This document shows, one piece after another, positions 1-9,289 of a DNA stretch of 24,000 bases (positions are counted from its first letter, which is position 1; each line of letters begins with the position of its first letter). This DNA is from Photobacterium lucens. Its GTDB lineage: Bacteria; Pseudomonadota; Gammaproteobacteria; Enterobacterales; Vibrionaceae. Location: NCBI RefSeq assembly GCF_009873615.1, contig NZ_SSMG01000191.1, positions 437 through 24,436 of the forward strand, written 5' to 3'. The notes beneath the pieces were generated by a model. That model had not been told where the DNA came from. It saw only the letters and a program-made list of their open reading frames with translations, and did not search any database. Made by a program: the position numbers and the translations under genes.

Positions 1-1
1 T

Positions 2-3000
2 GGTGCAGTTGAGCTTGCCACATTTAGCAATGTCGAGCTCAAGATCACCAAAGGTACGACATTGGAAAAAGTGAAGCGTTTAAACTTGGCGGATTCAGAT
101 CGTTTTATTGCGATCACTGATGCTATTGAGCTACAAAATGCGTTAGATAACACCCGCAGTTTATTGCTTAAAAATGGTACAGAAATCGGAGGTGTTATCG
201 AACTATCGCTAACATCTGCCGAGCAAGTACGTTTTAACAGCTTGTATCACTCCACAGAATTACACACATTAAATAATACTGAATTTAAGAAGCTATTAGA
301 TAATAAAGTCGAAGAGAATACAGAAGCTGATAGCAAACCTTCTACTCACGAACCCGATGTAAAACCAGAAGTCACTCCCGGTACAAGTGACGATCTAAAC
401 TCAAACTTTGTTTCTGCTAATGCAGAATCAAACTTGGTTTATCAACCAACTGAAGTGATCTTATCGCAAGGAACACTGGTTGATAGTCATAACAAGCCAG
501 TACAGGGCATTGAATATTACAGCCACTCTTCTCGTGGTATTACCGATGAACAAGGCAAATTCTCATTCAACTGGGGTGAGACGGTCTCGTTTGGTATCGA
601 TACCTTTGAACTAGGTGAAATTAAAGCGAATAAAACACAATTTACCATTGCCGATCTCGGTGCAGAGCACATAGGCCGTAATGCTGAGCGTTTACTGCAG
701 CGTTATTCTCATGATGATACGCAATTAGTGATCAGCGATCGTGTACGCCAAGTATTTGCTATGTATCCGAATGTCATCAATGAGGCGATTAACCTATCAT
801 TGTCTGAGTCTGTGATGTTAGATAATGGTACAGGAACGTTAGAGCCTGTTGATGGTGAATTTGATAAACAATTTAGCCAAGGCTTAGCACTGGATATCGA
901 CACGGCTATTTGTGGTAGCCAATGTAGTGCCACTCGCACCCTTTCAAGCCTTTCTTTCCCTCGCATGATGGACGCTGGTGGTAATATCCAAGCTGATATT
1001 TTAAAACTGTGGGGAGCTGGTAGTGACGCTATTAATAATGGTTGGCTTCCTGTACGTAACTTTCACGCATTTACTGATGAAACTTGGTTTTATGGCAGTC
1101 CAGGGTATCCTCGTGGTCAAGCAGCCATCAACATTTCTAATGCCGCATTTCCAGTATTAATGCCACGTAACGACAATAACCAATGGCTTAGTTTCGGGGA
1201 GAAAAAAGCATGGGATGAGCGATCGCTTGCTTACATTACGGAAGCTCCATCCAAGGTGAAACCCGATAACGTCGGTGGCAATACCGCTACCTTTAACCTG
1301 CCATTTATCAGTATGGGTGAGCTAGGTACAGGTAAAGTCATGCTTTTAGGTAATAGTCGCTATAACAGTATCTTGGTATGTCCAACCGGCTATAGCTGGA
1401 ATAATGGTGTCAATAATCAAGGTCAGTGCTGGAGTGCCAATAATGATCCAGAAGATATGGCGAACTTCTTCTCCAATACCTTCCGTTACCTCATTGGTGA
1501 AAAATATGCTTCAAATGCAGAGCCTATTACCATAGGAACCAATATTTCTGATGTGTATTTCCGCAGTCATGGTCATTTGTCTCTCGGTAATAAAGCACCA
1601 TTTATCATTGATCCTCGCTTTAATCTTAACGCTCAACAACTAGCTAATTTTAGTGGCATTGATCCTAACACCATGCCGCTGTTGATCCTCAATGGTTACG
1701 AAAACAGTGCACCAATTAGCTCTGGTACATATGGCGTGCTGCCTTCATTAGCCGATACCAATAAACCCAAACTGACTCAACAAGATGTGACAGAGCTACT
1801 CAACTATGTTGAACGTGGCGGTAATATCTTGATCATGGAAAGCATTGCTAACCGCGTAAATGATGATTTTACTCGTTTATTAGATGGCGCTGGTTTGGCA
1901 ATTAATGGTCAGTCAACGATTTCAGGAAATGGACCGAGCTACGGCTACCCTGATCGTGTACGTTCACAACGTCAACACGGTTTCTGGGTATTAGAACGCT
2001 ATGCCGCAGTTAAAGATGGCGATACAGATAAACTAAAACCGCCATATAACATAGACGAAGTGACTGGTACAGTTACGTGGGACTTCATCACTAACGAAAA
2101 GCCTGACGATAAGCCAAACTTAGAAGTCGCCCGTAAGACAATTCAAAACGCACAAGGCGAGAATGTTCAATTACTGGCATTCGTTGATACTTACGAAAAA
2201 GGGGAAAAAAGAGCGCCAGATGCGATTGAAGCAGACAAACAACGTATTCTGAAAGAGTTCAATGTTAACGAATGTACGCTAACGGATTATCACTATGAAA
2301 TTAACTGCCTAGAGTATCGCCCTGGAAATAATATTCCACTAGAAGGCGGTATGTTTAGAGCACGTTATAAAAAACTGCCACTGGATGAAGCAACAGCGAA
2401 AGCCATGGTGAAAGCAGCCGATCTTGGTACCAACATTGAACGCTTATACCAACACGAACTGTACTTTAGAACAAAAGGCAGTGAAGGTGAGCGTTTAAGT
2501 AGTGTTGATCTTAACCGTATTTATCAAAATATGACGGTATGGTTATGGAACGATCTTGATTATCGCTTTGAACAAAACAAAGAAGACGAACTTGGCTTTG
2601 AGCGCTTTACCGAGTTTCTAAACTGTTATGGCGATACCGCAGCAGGACAAACCACCTGTAGCAATACGCTCAAGCAAAGTCTTGAAGCCAATAAGATGAT
2701 CTACGGTGATAGTGCAGGGAAATACGCTGGCTGGATGAATCCAAGCTACCCATTAAATTACATGGAAAAGCCGTTAACACGCTTAATGTTGGGTCGAACT
2801 TACTTCGATCTTGATATTAAAACCGATGTACGCCAATACCCAGGTGAAGTCACAACCAGCGGTGGTAGCACTAGCGTCACTGTTGATTTAAGCAATAACA
2901 CTGCTGCTTGGTTTGCAGGAAACCGTCAAGCTACGGGTCAATGGGCAATTGCACATGAACCGATGACAATTACTGCATCAGGCAATACCAACCCGATCAC

Positions 3001-4240
3001 GGTAACCGTTGCGCTAGCAGATGATTTAACAGGTCGTGAAAAACATGAGTTAGGTTTAAAACGTCCACCTCGTATGACCAAGACCTTTACGCTACAACCT
3101 AATGCTACCGCTAATTTTACAGCGCCTTACGGTGGTCTGGTATATGTGCAAGGTAATGAAACCAGCCCTGTGACCTTAAACTTCTCAGGTACAGTTAATG
3201 CGCCTTGGTTCAAGGTTGATAAATGGGTTAACGATCAAAACTCACCGGCTCCTATTGGTGAAATTGAATCAAATAGCTTTATCTATACTGCTGCCGCTGA
3301 GAACTTAAAAGCGACAAATTATGAGGGTGATAGAAGTAAATTCGCTGCAGAACTTGATATGTTCTCTGCAGATTTAAATGACTTCTATGCTCGTGATGAA
3401 ACAGTCGGTGAAGGAAATGGACGCAATGGCAAAGCGACAGATAGCTCTCGACCAAATAACAAGCACCATTTTGTCAACGATATTGCTATCTCTATTGGCG
3501 CAGCCCATTCGGGCTACCCAGTGATGAACAGTAGCTTTAATAAAACCTCAACAGCCCTATCAACAACACCATTAAATGACTGGTTGTTATGGCACGAAGT
3601 TGGTCACAATGCGGCTGAAGCACCATTTAATGTGGAAGGTGCAACAGAAGTGGTGAACAACATGCTAGCGCTTTACATGCAGGATAAATACCTTGGTAAA
3701 ATGTCCCGTGTTGAGGCTGATATTAAAATGGCACCGAATTTTGTTCGCTTAGAGCAAGGACATGCATGGGCAGCTGGCGGTAACGGTGAACGCTTACTGA
3801 TGTTTGCTCAATTAAAACAATGGGCTGAGCAAGAGTTTGATATCAATAACGTGGTTAAAGCACCTTTACCGTCCTACTACACAAATACGGTAGTGGGACT
3901 AAAAGGCTGGGATTTGATCAAACTCATGCATCGCTTAACTCGTAATGATGTAGAAGAGAACATGCTACTACCAGCCAATAACATGTGTCGCAGTCAAAGC
4001 GGATTGAGTAAAGGTGATCAGCTGATGTTATGTGCTTCTTACGCAGCACAAACCGATCTGTCTGATTTCTTTGCAGCATGGAGCCCAGGTTCAAAAGCCT
4101 ACCTTGTTCCAGGTGAATCTGAGCCTCAATACGAAGGTGGGATCACTGCTGCAGGTTTAAGCGCAGTACAAGCACTTAAACTGCCAAAGCCAACGTTAGA
4201 TCCGCTATCAATTAACAGTGTGACAGTCGCACCTCGTTAA
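2..4240 (+). CDS. SslE/AcfD-family M60-like zinc metallopeptidase (mucinase-type, normally a secreted lipoprotein); 5-prime end lies outside the window
   Basis: The frame is open from nt 2, with no stop before the TTG at 62 that the ORF track used, so the N-terminus and signal peptide are missing. The visible part exceeds 1390 aa. An HEVGH zinc motif lies at nt 3593-3607 in a C-terminal M60/enhancin-like region. Size and layout resemble E. coli SslE (YghJ) and Vibrio AcfD. A strong terminator follows. Confidence 0.8.
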   Translation, partial: GAVELATFSNVELKITKGTTLEKVKRLNLADSDRFIAITDAIELQNALDNTRSLLLKNGTEIGGVIELSLTSAEQVRFNSLYHSTELHTLNNTEFKKLLDNKVEENTEADSKPSTHEPDVKPEVTPGTSDDLNSNFVSANAESNLVYQPTEVILSQGTLVDSHNKPVQGIEYYSHSSRGITDEQGKFSFNWGETVSFGIDTFELGEIKANKTQFTIADLGAEHIGRNAERLLQRYSHDDTQLVISDRVRQVFAMYPNVINEAINLSLSESVMLDNGTGTLEPVDGEFDKQFSQGLALDIDTAICGSQCSATRTLSSLSFPRMMDAGGNIQADILKLWGAGSDAINNGWLPVRNFHAFTDETWFYGSPGYPRGQAAINISNAAFPVLMPRNDNNQWLSFGEKKAWDERSLAYITEAPSKVKPDNVGGNTATFNLPFISMGELGTGKVMLLGNSRYNSILVCPTGYSWNNGVNNQGQCWSANNDPEDMANFFSNTFRYLIGEKYASNAEPITIGTNISDVYFRSHGHLSLGNKAPFIIDPRFNLNAQQLANFSGIDPNTMPLLILNGYENSAPISSGTYGVLPSLADTNKPKLTQQDVTELLNYVERGGNILIMESIANRVNDDFTRLLDGAGLAINGQSTISGNGPSYGYPDRVRSQRQHGFWVLERYAAVKDGDTDKLKPPYNIDEVTGTVTWDFITNEKPDDKPNLEVARKTIQNAQGENVQLLAFVDTYEKGEKRAPDAIEADKQRILKEFNVNECTLTDYHYEINCLEYRPGNNIPLEGGMFRARYKKLPLDEATAKAMVKAADLGTNIERLYQHELYFRTKGSEGERLSSVDLNRIYQNMTVWLWNDLDYRFEQNKEDELGFERFTEFLNCYGDTAAGQTTCSNTLKQSLEANKMIYGDSAGKYAGWMNPSYPLNYMEKPLTRLMLGRTYFDLDIKTDVRQYPGEVTTSGGSTSVTVDLSNNTAAWFAGNRQATGQWAIAHEPMTITASGNTNPITVTVALADDLTGREKHELGLKRPPRMTKTFTLQPNATANFTAPYGGLVYVQGNETSPVTLNFSGTVNAPWFKVDKWVNDQNSPAPIGEIESNSFIYTAAAENLKATNYEGDRSKFAAELDMFSADLNDFYARDETVGEGNGRNGKATDSSRPNNKHHFVNDIAISIGAAHSGYPVMNSSFNKTSTALSTTPLNDWLLWHEVGHNAAEAPFNVEGATEVVNNMLALYMQDKYLGKMSRVEADIKMAPNFVRLEQGHAWAAGGNGERLLMFAQLKQWAEQEFDINNVVKAPLPSYYTNTVVGLKGWDLIKLMHRLTRNDVEENMLLPANNMCRSQSGLSKGDQLMLCASYAAQTDLSDFFAAWSPGSKAYLVPGESEPQYEGGITAAGLSAVQALKLPKPTLDPLSINSVTVAPR

Positions 4241-4260
4241 ACGATTAAACACCATAACCC

Positions 4261-4292
4261 AAGCCGCTAGTCACTGACTGGCGGCTTTTTTT
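4261..4292 (+). terminator. Rho-independent terminator of the M60 peptidase gene
   Basis: AAGCCGCTAGTC / GACTGGCGGCTT forms a 12-bp stem with one G-U pair and a 3-nt loop, and runs into a T7 tract. Confidence 0.85.
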
Positions 4293-4373
4293 ATCAACGC
4301 ATTATTTTTATTTAATTTTCCTGTGTGTTTGGTCGCCCAACAACATTGAGCTTCTTGTGCAGGAATAAAACCA

Positions 4374-4655
4374 ATGAAAATAGATAAAATCGCCACTACT
4401 CACTTCAATCAAGCGCAGCTAACAATAGCACAGCAACAATCAACCACCGGGCAACAAACTGTCGCTAAACAGACTGCATCAACGGCCATTGACAGCCAAC
4501 TATTAACGCAAGCAATACAACCGCTAAACGCCTTACCTGATGTGGATATAGCGAAAGTCGAGCAAATTAAAGCAGCACTGAATCGCGGTGAAATTAGCTT
4601 AGATGTTGAGGCGCTCTCAAGCGCAATTTTGCAATTTCATACTGGACATGAATAA
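4374..4655 (+). CDS. flgM: Anti-sigma-28 factor FlgM
   Basis: 93 aa with a Q/T/A-rich disordered N-terminal half. The C-terminal segment DVDIAKVEQIKAALNRGEISLDVEALSSAIL matches the FlgM sigma-28-binding helix pattern. AGGA lies about 12 nt upstream of the ATG. Confidence 0.8.
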   Translation: MKIDKIATTHFNQAQLTIAQQQSTTGQQTVAKQTASTAIDSQLLTQAIQPLNALPDVDIAKVEQIKAALNRGEISLDVEALSSAILQFHTGHE

Positions 4656-4687
4656 AGCCAAGGCTCACTAAACTTGCGGAGTCACCT

Positions 4688-5143
4688 ATGCCTCAAGCCT
4701 TCACGAAACAGCAAATGATTATCAGCTTAATAAAAGATATTCAGCGAGATATTGCTGATTATCGTCAGCTTTATGCTCTGATGTTAAAGCAACATCAGTG
4801 CTATTTGACCTTTAATGGCAAATTGTTGGAGCAATTAACAACCCAACAGCAACCGCTTATTGATGTGCTAAAACAGCGTAGCCAACTGCGTTACCAATCG
4901 CTGCAAAACCTTGGCTTACCTATTTCAGCTCAAGGCATCGAAAAATTACACAACGTATTACCTGCGCAATTACAAAAACAGGTTCAGCAACAATGGGCTC
5001 AGTTAGAAATTATGATCAAACAATGCCATGCCCTTAATCAGCGTAATGGTGTGCTATCAGCAAACTTTACCGAATTGCTTTGCCAGTTATACGAGCCAGA
5101 AGCAAAGTCACGCTATGCATTTCCTCATCTCATGCAGGATTAA
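4688..5143 (+). CDS. flgN: FlgN-family flagellar export chaperone
   Basis: 151 aa, helical and Q-rich. The segment QQQWAQLEIMIKQCHALNQRNGVLSANFTELL parallels the E. coli FlgN segment RWQAITEKTQHLRDLNQHNGWLLEGQIERN. A GGAG RBS is present. The gene sits directly downstream of flgM, as in flgAMN operons. Confidence 0.75.
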   Translation: MPQAFTKQQMIISLIKDIQRDIADYRQLYALMLKQHQCYLTFNGKLLEQLTTQQQPLIDVLKQRSQLRYQSLQNLGLPISAQGIEKLHNVLPAQLQKQVQQQWAQLEIMIKQCHALNQRNGVLSANFTELLCQLYEPEAKSRYAFPHLMQD

Positions 5144-5147
5144 TAGC

Positions 5148-5927
5148 ATGAAATCTGGTTTACATCGCTATCAAAGCATCGCCATCTACTCTCTTTTTCG
5201 TATCGGGATAATGATACTCATATTGCTTTTGTCACTGCCAAGCCAAGCAATACCGCCCCATTATCAAGCCAAGTTTGAACAACAAGTTAGCCTGCATTAC
5301 CAGCGTTTATCGCCCCATAAAAAAGTCATCAATAACCAGTTCACTCGCCATCAAAAAACTGTGCAACATATCATTCAGCAATTAGATAAGAATAAGTTGC
5401 CTCGCAGCATGATTTTGATCCCGATGATTGAATCTACCTTTGATCAACATGCGGTTTCCCATGCAAAAGCGGCAGGCCTATGGCAATTGATGCCAGCAAC
5501 CGCCAAACGTTTTGGTCTTACGGTTTCTAACCAACAAGATGAACGATTTAATATTGCCCGTAGTACAGAGGCGGCAATGCAATATTTGATCTTTCTTTAC
5601 AACAAATTTGATAGGGATTTAAAACTGACTTTAGCGGCTTATAATTCAGGGGAAGGACGTGTGCAACGCGCCTTAAAACGTGTGGTTGATAAACATTTTT
5701 CTGCGCTTCGTTTACCGAATGAAACTGTTGATTATGTACATAAGTTCTATGCCTTAGCGAAACTGGTTAACCTTAAAACACTGGCAAATCCATCAACAGG
5801 CTCTCATTTCCCCCCTTCCACCAGCACAGTATCAGCACATCATGAGGTACGTTTTCTTAAACAATTATTTGAAACCAAAACCGTCATTAACATGGAGCCA
5901 ATCCAACCTTTAGTGCATTTAAACTAA
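5148..5927 (+). CDS. Secreted SLT-domain lytic murein transglycosylase (family 1)
   Basis: The ATG at 5148 lies 4 nt after the flgN stop. The 120-nt upstream extension in the ORF track overlaps flgN and is unlikely to be translated. There is an N-terminal hydrophobic signal ending SQA/IP. SLT motifs are MIESTFDQHAVSHAKAAGLWQLMP (catalytic Glu) and AAYNSGEGRV. Confidence 0.8.
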   Translation: MKSGLHRYQSIAIYSLFRIGIMILILLLSLPSQAIPPHYQAKFEQQVSLHYQRLSPHKKVINNQFTRHQKTVQHIIQQLDKNKLPRSMILIPMIESTFDQHAVSHAKAAGLWQLMPATAKRFGLTVSNQQDERFNIARSTEAAMQYLIFLYNKFDRDLKLTLAAYNSGEGRVQRALKRVVDKHFSALRLPNETVDYVHKFYALAKLVNLKTLANPSTGSHFPPSTSTVSAHHEVRFLKQLFETKTVINMEPIQPLVHLN

Positions 5928-6129
5928 ACATCTCTTTGTCTTAATTAAGCAATTAATAACAATAAGTTAAACATCACAACATAACTATAACGCGCTAACT
6001 CTCAGTTTTATTCATCGCTTTCTTCCGCATGCTATTTAGTGTTTTAGCTCTCAGCTTTTATCTCAGCTTTACGCCACTATGCACGCCTATCGGATACCTT
6101 TGTCATGGAAAGACAACCTAGATACGGCT

Positions 6130-7824
6130 ATGAGTTTAAATAAAAAACATTTTGATATTGTCACAGCACTGAGCCATAGCAATAAAAGTGTTAGCGAGCT
6201 TGCCGCTATATTTTCAATGAGCTCTCGTAACGTGCGTTACGCAATCGACAACATTAACTATTACTTTGAAAAACTTGAGCTACCTGCGATCACTATCGAT
6301 CATGGTTCACTGCATTATGGCTTTGATGCCAGTGCTTTCTTTAGCCATCACTTTGCCCATAATTTTGTGTTTAGCAAAGAAGAGCGTGATGAATACATTG
6401 CGATCATTGCCCTGTTTCATCCACAGCCGACTGTGAGACATATCCGTGATTATTTGAAGATCAGCCACACCACCTTTAATAAAGATATAAAACGTGTGAA
6501 CGAGGTGTTTAATTACCTTGCTATCAACATCACTCTTAATGGCGACAATATCTGTGTAACAGGGAAAGAAAAACAGATCCGCTATATCGCCATGCGTTAC
6601 GCCAGCAAGTATCTATTTTTTAAAAACAATACAATCCATTATCTGGATAAATCTTATTTCTATGAACAAGATCTGCTCGCACATCTTCGCCAATACTTTG
6701 AGAAAGCCGATGTAAATTTTGCTATCACTGCGGTTAATGATATTGAACGACAATTTGGTAAAACCATTGAACCTGATTTTAAAAATATCCTGACGATTTA
6801 CTTGATCATTACACTAATGCGCATCAATCAAGGCGTAATGATTGATAAAAAGAACAATGGCGATTTTCTTTCATTAACCCAGTTATATCCACTTATCTGT
6901 CGCACGCTTAATTGGCAACAGCAGCACTATAAGTATGAAGCTCTTCATCTTACTGAGTATTTTTTAGGTGGCTTTAACACCGAAAGTTTCTTTGAAAAAC
7001 GTTTTCAAGCAGAAAGCTTTATCTATCAGCTATTAATTACCTTAGATGGGGAATTAAATACTAACCTTGTCACTGATACACGCTTGATCAGTGACATTAT
7101 TAGCTACTTAACCACTGCGGTTTACCGTGCCAAAAACAACCTCACATTAAATGCTTTTGAGCATAGTGATGCGGGAATGGGGTTATTTCATCAAATAAAA
7201 CGAATAACAGAGCAATATCAACAGCATTTCATCGAACCATTACGCGATGAAGAGATAAGTTACATTACCCAAATCATTCATGACGCTATAACCCGAACCC
7301 AAGATCAACGATTACCCCTAAGCCAGTTAATCAAACTTGCAGAGCAAAATGCCGATAACCTTAATTATGAGCAATTTATTAGTGACACTTTAGCAACACT
7401 AAATCCGCTGATTTTTGATGATAGAGATCTCCCAGATCTTATGGCTATCACCCATAGTATCGAAGATGAACGCGCCAGCGATGAACAAAAATCACTAGTG
7501 AAAACCATCAAATGGCTGTGTGACAAAATGGAGCAAAAACAGATTGTACATAGTGATTATGCTAAGGGCGTGTTATCACTACTCAATGCTCATAGCCATG
7601 ACTATTTTGCCCATGACGGTATGCTGATTTGCCATGGTAAATCCCCAGCCCATAGCCATAAACTGACCATTACCCTATTAGTGCTTGATCAACCATTACG
7701 TGATGCACAAGGGAGAAACATTGAGCAGCTCGTTATGATCACTAATATTGATAATGTACGTCATTTACGGGCAGTACATCAGCTTCAGCATTTCCTTAAT
7801 CAAACGAGTCATAGTGAACAATAG
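6130..7824 (+). CDS. FrvR/MtlR-like PTS-controlled transcriptional regulator (N-terminal HTH, PRD-like middle region, C-terminal EIIA type-2-like domain)
   Basis: From Met18 the protein opens directly with an HTH-like segment (KKHFDIVTALSHSNKSVSELAAIFSMSSRNVRYAID), as E. coli FrvR does. The central helical region contains conserved-looking His residues (EALHLTEYFLGG). The C-terminus has an EIIA-2-like His (GMLICHGKSP). Start choice between 6079 and 6130 is ambiguous because neither has a good SD. Confidence 0.6.
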   Translation: MSLNKKHFDIVTALSHSNKSVSELAAIFSMSSRNVRYAIDNINYYFEKLELPAITIDHGSLHYGFDASAFFSHHFAHNFVFSKEERDEYIAIIALFHPQPTVRHIRDYLKISHTTFNKDIKRVNEVFNYLAINITLNGDNICVTGKEKQIRYIAMRYASKYLFFKNNTIHYLDKSYFYEQDLLAHLRQYFEKADVNFAITAVNDIERQFGKTIEPDFKNILTIYLIITLMRINQGVMIDKKNNGDFLSLTQLYPLICRTLNWQQQHYKYEALHLTEYFLGGFNTESFFEKRFQAESFIYQLLITLDGELNTNLVTDTRLISDIISYLTTAVYRAKNNLTLNAFEHSDAGMGLFHQIKRITEQYQQHFIEPLRDEEISYITQIIHDAITRTQDQRLPLSQLIKLAEQNADNLNYEQFISDTLATLNPLIFDDRDLPDLMAITHSIEDERASDEQKSLVKTIKWLCDKMEQKQIVHSDYAKGVLSLLNAHSHDYFAHDGMLICHGKSPAHSHKLTITLLVLDQPLRDAQGRNIEQLVMITNIDNVRHLRAVHQLQHFLNQTSHSEQ

Positions 7825-7833
7825 CGAACAAAA

Positions 7834-7878
7834 AGTCGGTTGAATGTATGGTCTTACATCCACAACCGACTTTTCTTG
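7834..7878. terminator. Bidirectional hairpin terminator between the regulator (+) and yceI (-)
   Basis: The stem is AGTCGGTTG (7834-7842) / CAACCGACT (7863-7871). It is flanked by an A-run upstream and TTTTCTTGTTTT downstream. Confidence 0.7.
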
Positions 7879-7934
7879 TTTTACGAGGAGCTTAATGAAG
7901 CGAATGTCACTGTTTATCTCGCTTTATATCATAA

Positions 7935-8522
7935 CTAAAGACGAATACCTTCGACATTAAATTCCAATTCCACCTGTGTTGATGCAGGTCCTAAATCCGT
8001 TTCAATGCCATAATCTTTTAGCGCTATGGTTGTTGTACCAACAAAACCACGACGATAGCCACCCCAAGGATCATCGCCAGCCCCAATGTGTTTCACATCA
8101 ATCGTTACTGGCTGAGTGACACCATTAAGGGTTAACTGTCCTTTCATTGAGGCTTTGCCGTCACCTAATTCCTCAAACGACTCACTTTCAAATGTCGCAA
8201 CAGGAAACGCTTCAACATTAAGAAAATCTTCACTGCGCAAATGTTTATCACGCTCAGCATGGTTAGAATCGACACTTGATGTATCTATCATTACTTTAAC
8301 TTTTGATGCTTCTGGTTTCGCTTCATCATAACTAAACTGACCATCAAACGTATTAAAGCGCCCAACCAGCCAACTGTAACCTAAATGTTGCACCCTAAAT
8401 TGTATCGAAGCATGTGAGCCTTCAGTATCAATCTGATATTTATCTGCAAGTGCAGTTGGCACAAATAATACACAAGCAAATAAAGCGGTTGAAATAAATG
8501 AAGTCAACAAATGTTTGATCAT
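7935..8522 (-). CDS. yceI: YceI-family periplasmic polyisoprenoid-binding protein
   Basis: 195 aa with a signal peptide (ALA/DK). The YceI-type sequence reads YQIDTEGSHASIQFRVQHLGYSWLVGRFNTFDGQFSYDE. A GGAGG RBS is present. It lies downstream of a cytochrome b561 gene, as in the E. coli yceJ-yceI pair. Confidence 0.85.
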   Translation of the reverse strand: MIKHLLTSFISTALFACVLFVPTALADKYQIDTEGSHASIQFRVQHLGYSWLVGRFNTFDGQFSYDEAKPEASKVKVMIDTSSVDSNHAERDKHLRSEDFLNVEAFPVATFESESFEELGDGKASMKGQLTLNGVTQPVTIDVKHIGAGDDPWGGYRRGFVGTTTIALKDYGIETDLGPASTQVELEFNVEGIRL

Positions 8523-8576
8523 GACATAATCCTCCGTTGAATATTCATATCTCTCGTAATGTCTTTTTTATTAGCG

Positions 8577-9122
8577 TTATGCTTTGCCTAGCATTCGCTT
8601 TAATGTTTCATCTTTATCTAAATAATGGTGTTTTAATGCGCCCAATATATGGAGCCCTACAAATACCATTAATGCCCATGCTGCATACCAATGGATCTTC
8701 CCTGCAATATCAGCTTGGTTGGTGAACGGCGTGATTAGTGCTGGCACTTCAAACAGACCAAATACACTGATCCCACGACCATCTGCAGTAGAGATGAAGT
8801 AACCACTCAACACCACTGAAAAAACAATGAGATATAAAATAAAATGTATTTTACTTGCGAGCCATAATTCCCACTTTGCGTGAGCGCTAGCAGTAAGAGG
8901 TTGAGTAGTACAAATCCTAATCAATAGACGTAAAATCATCGCTAAAAACAGCATCAACCCAATACTTTTGTGAATAAAGGGCGCTGTTTTATACCACGCA
9001 TGATAATAGGTTAAATCGACCATCCACCAGCCTAGTGCAAATAACCCTAAAACCGTTATTGCGACTAACCAATGAAGAGTGATTAATACAGGATGCCAGT
9101 TCTTATTTTGGATCTCTTCCAT
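8577..9122 (-). CDS. Cytochrome b561 family protein (YceJ/CybB-like)
   Basis: 181 aa with 4 predicted TM helices. Haem-ligand-type His residues sit in HPVLITLHWLVA, in FIHKSIG and in a C-terminal HILGALKHH. Confidence 0.8.
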   Translation of the reverse strand: MEEIQNKNWHPVLITLHWLVAITVLGLFALGWWMVDLTYYHAWYKTAPFIHKSIGLMLFLAMILRLLIRICTTQPLTASAHAKWELWLASKIHFILYLIVFSVVLSGYFISTADGRGISVFGLFEVPALITPFTNQADIAGKIHWYAAWALMVFVGLHILGALKHHYLDKDETLKRMLGKA

Positions 9123-9289
9123 GAACCATCACCGAATATGCAACTTATTGTGAGTATAGTTGACATCTCAATAATGCAAACCTTCACGGTTTAGTCTTTA
9201 ACGTCACAATATTAAGACATGTCATCATTCAGAACGAAATAACAAATAATGAGAAAACAGCCAGTTAAAACTCTTATCTAACCGTAATA

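Noticed and set aside
709-966. Short antisense or overlapping ORFs in the track: 709-966(-), 8116-8331(+), 8537-8725(+), 9696-9881(+), 11121-11366(-), 11387-11572(-), 11576-11764(+), 11825-12031(-), 12306-12491(-), 12525-12707(+), 12627-12830(-), 17413-17610(+), 18090-18320(+), 18492-18686(+), 19665-19859(+), 20580-20762(+), 21488-21823(-), 22420-22611(+)
   Set aside because: Each lies wholly or mostly inside a longer ORF with clear family motifs. None has a recognisable domain or a convincing RBS. They are treated as chance ORFs.
4311-4342. Possible sigma-28 (FliA) promoter upstream of flgM (TAAT ... GCCCAACA)
   Set aside because: Only about 5 of 8 positions match the -10 consensus GCCGATAA, and the spacing is 18 nt rather than about 15. 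This is too weak to call without transcript mapping.
5028-5147. A 40-codon N-terminal extension of the lytic transglycosylase ORF that overlaps flgN
   Set aside because: The extension overlaps 116 nt of flgN in another frame. The ATG at 5148 sits just after the flgN stop, and the product then begins with a signal-peptide-like segment.
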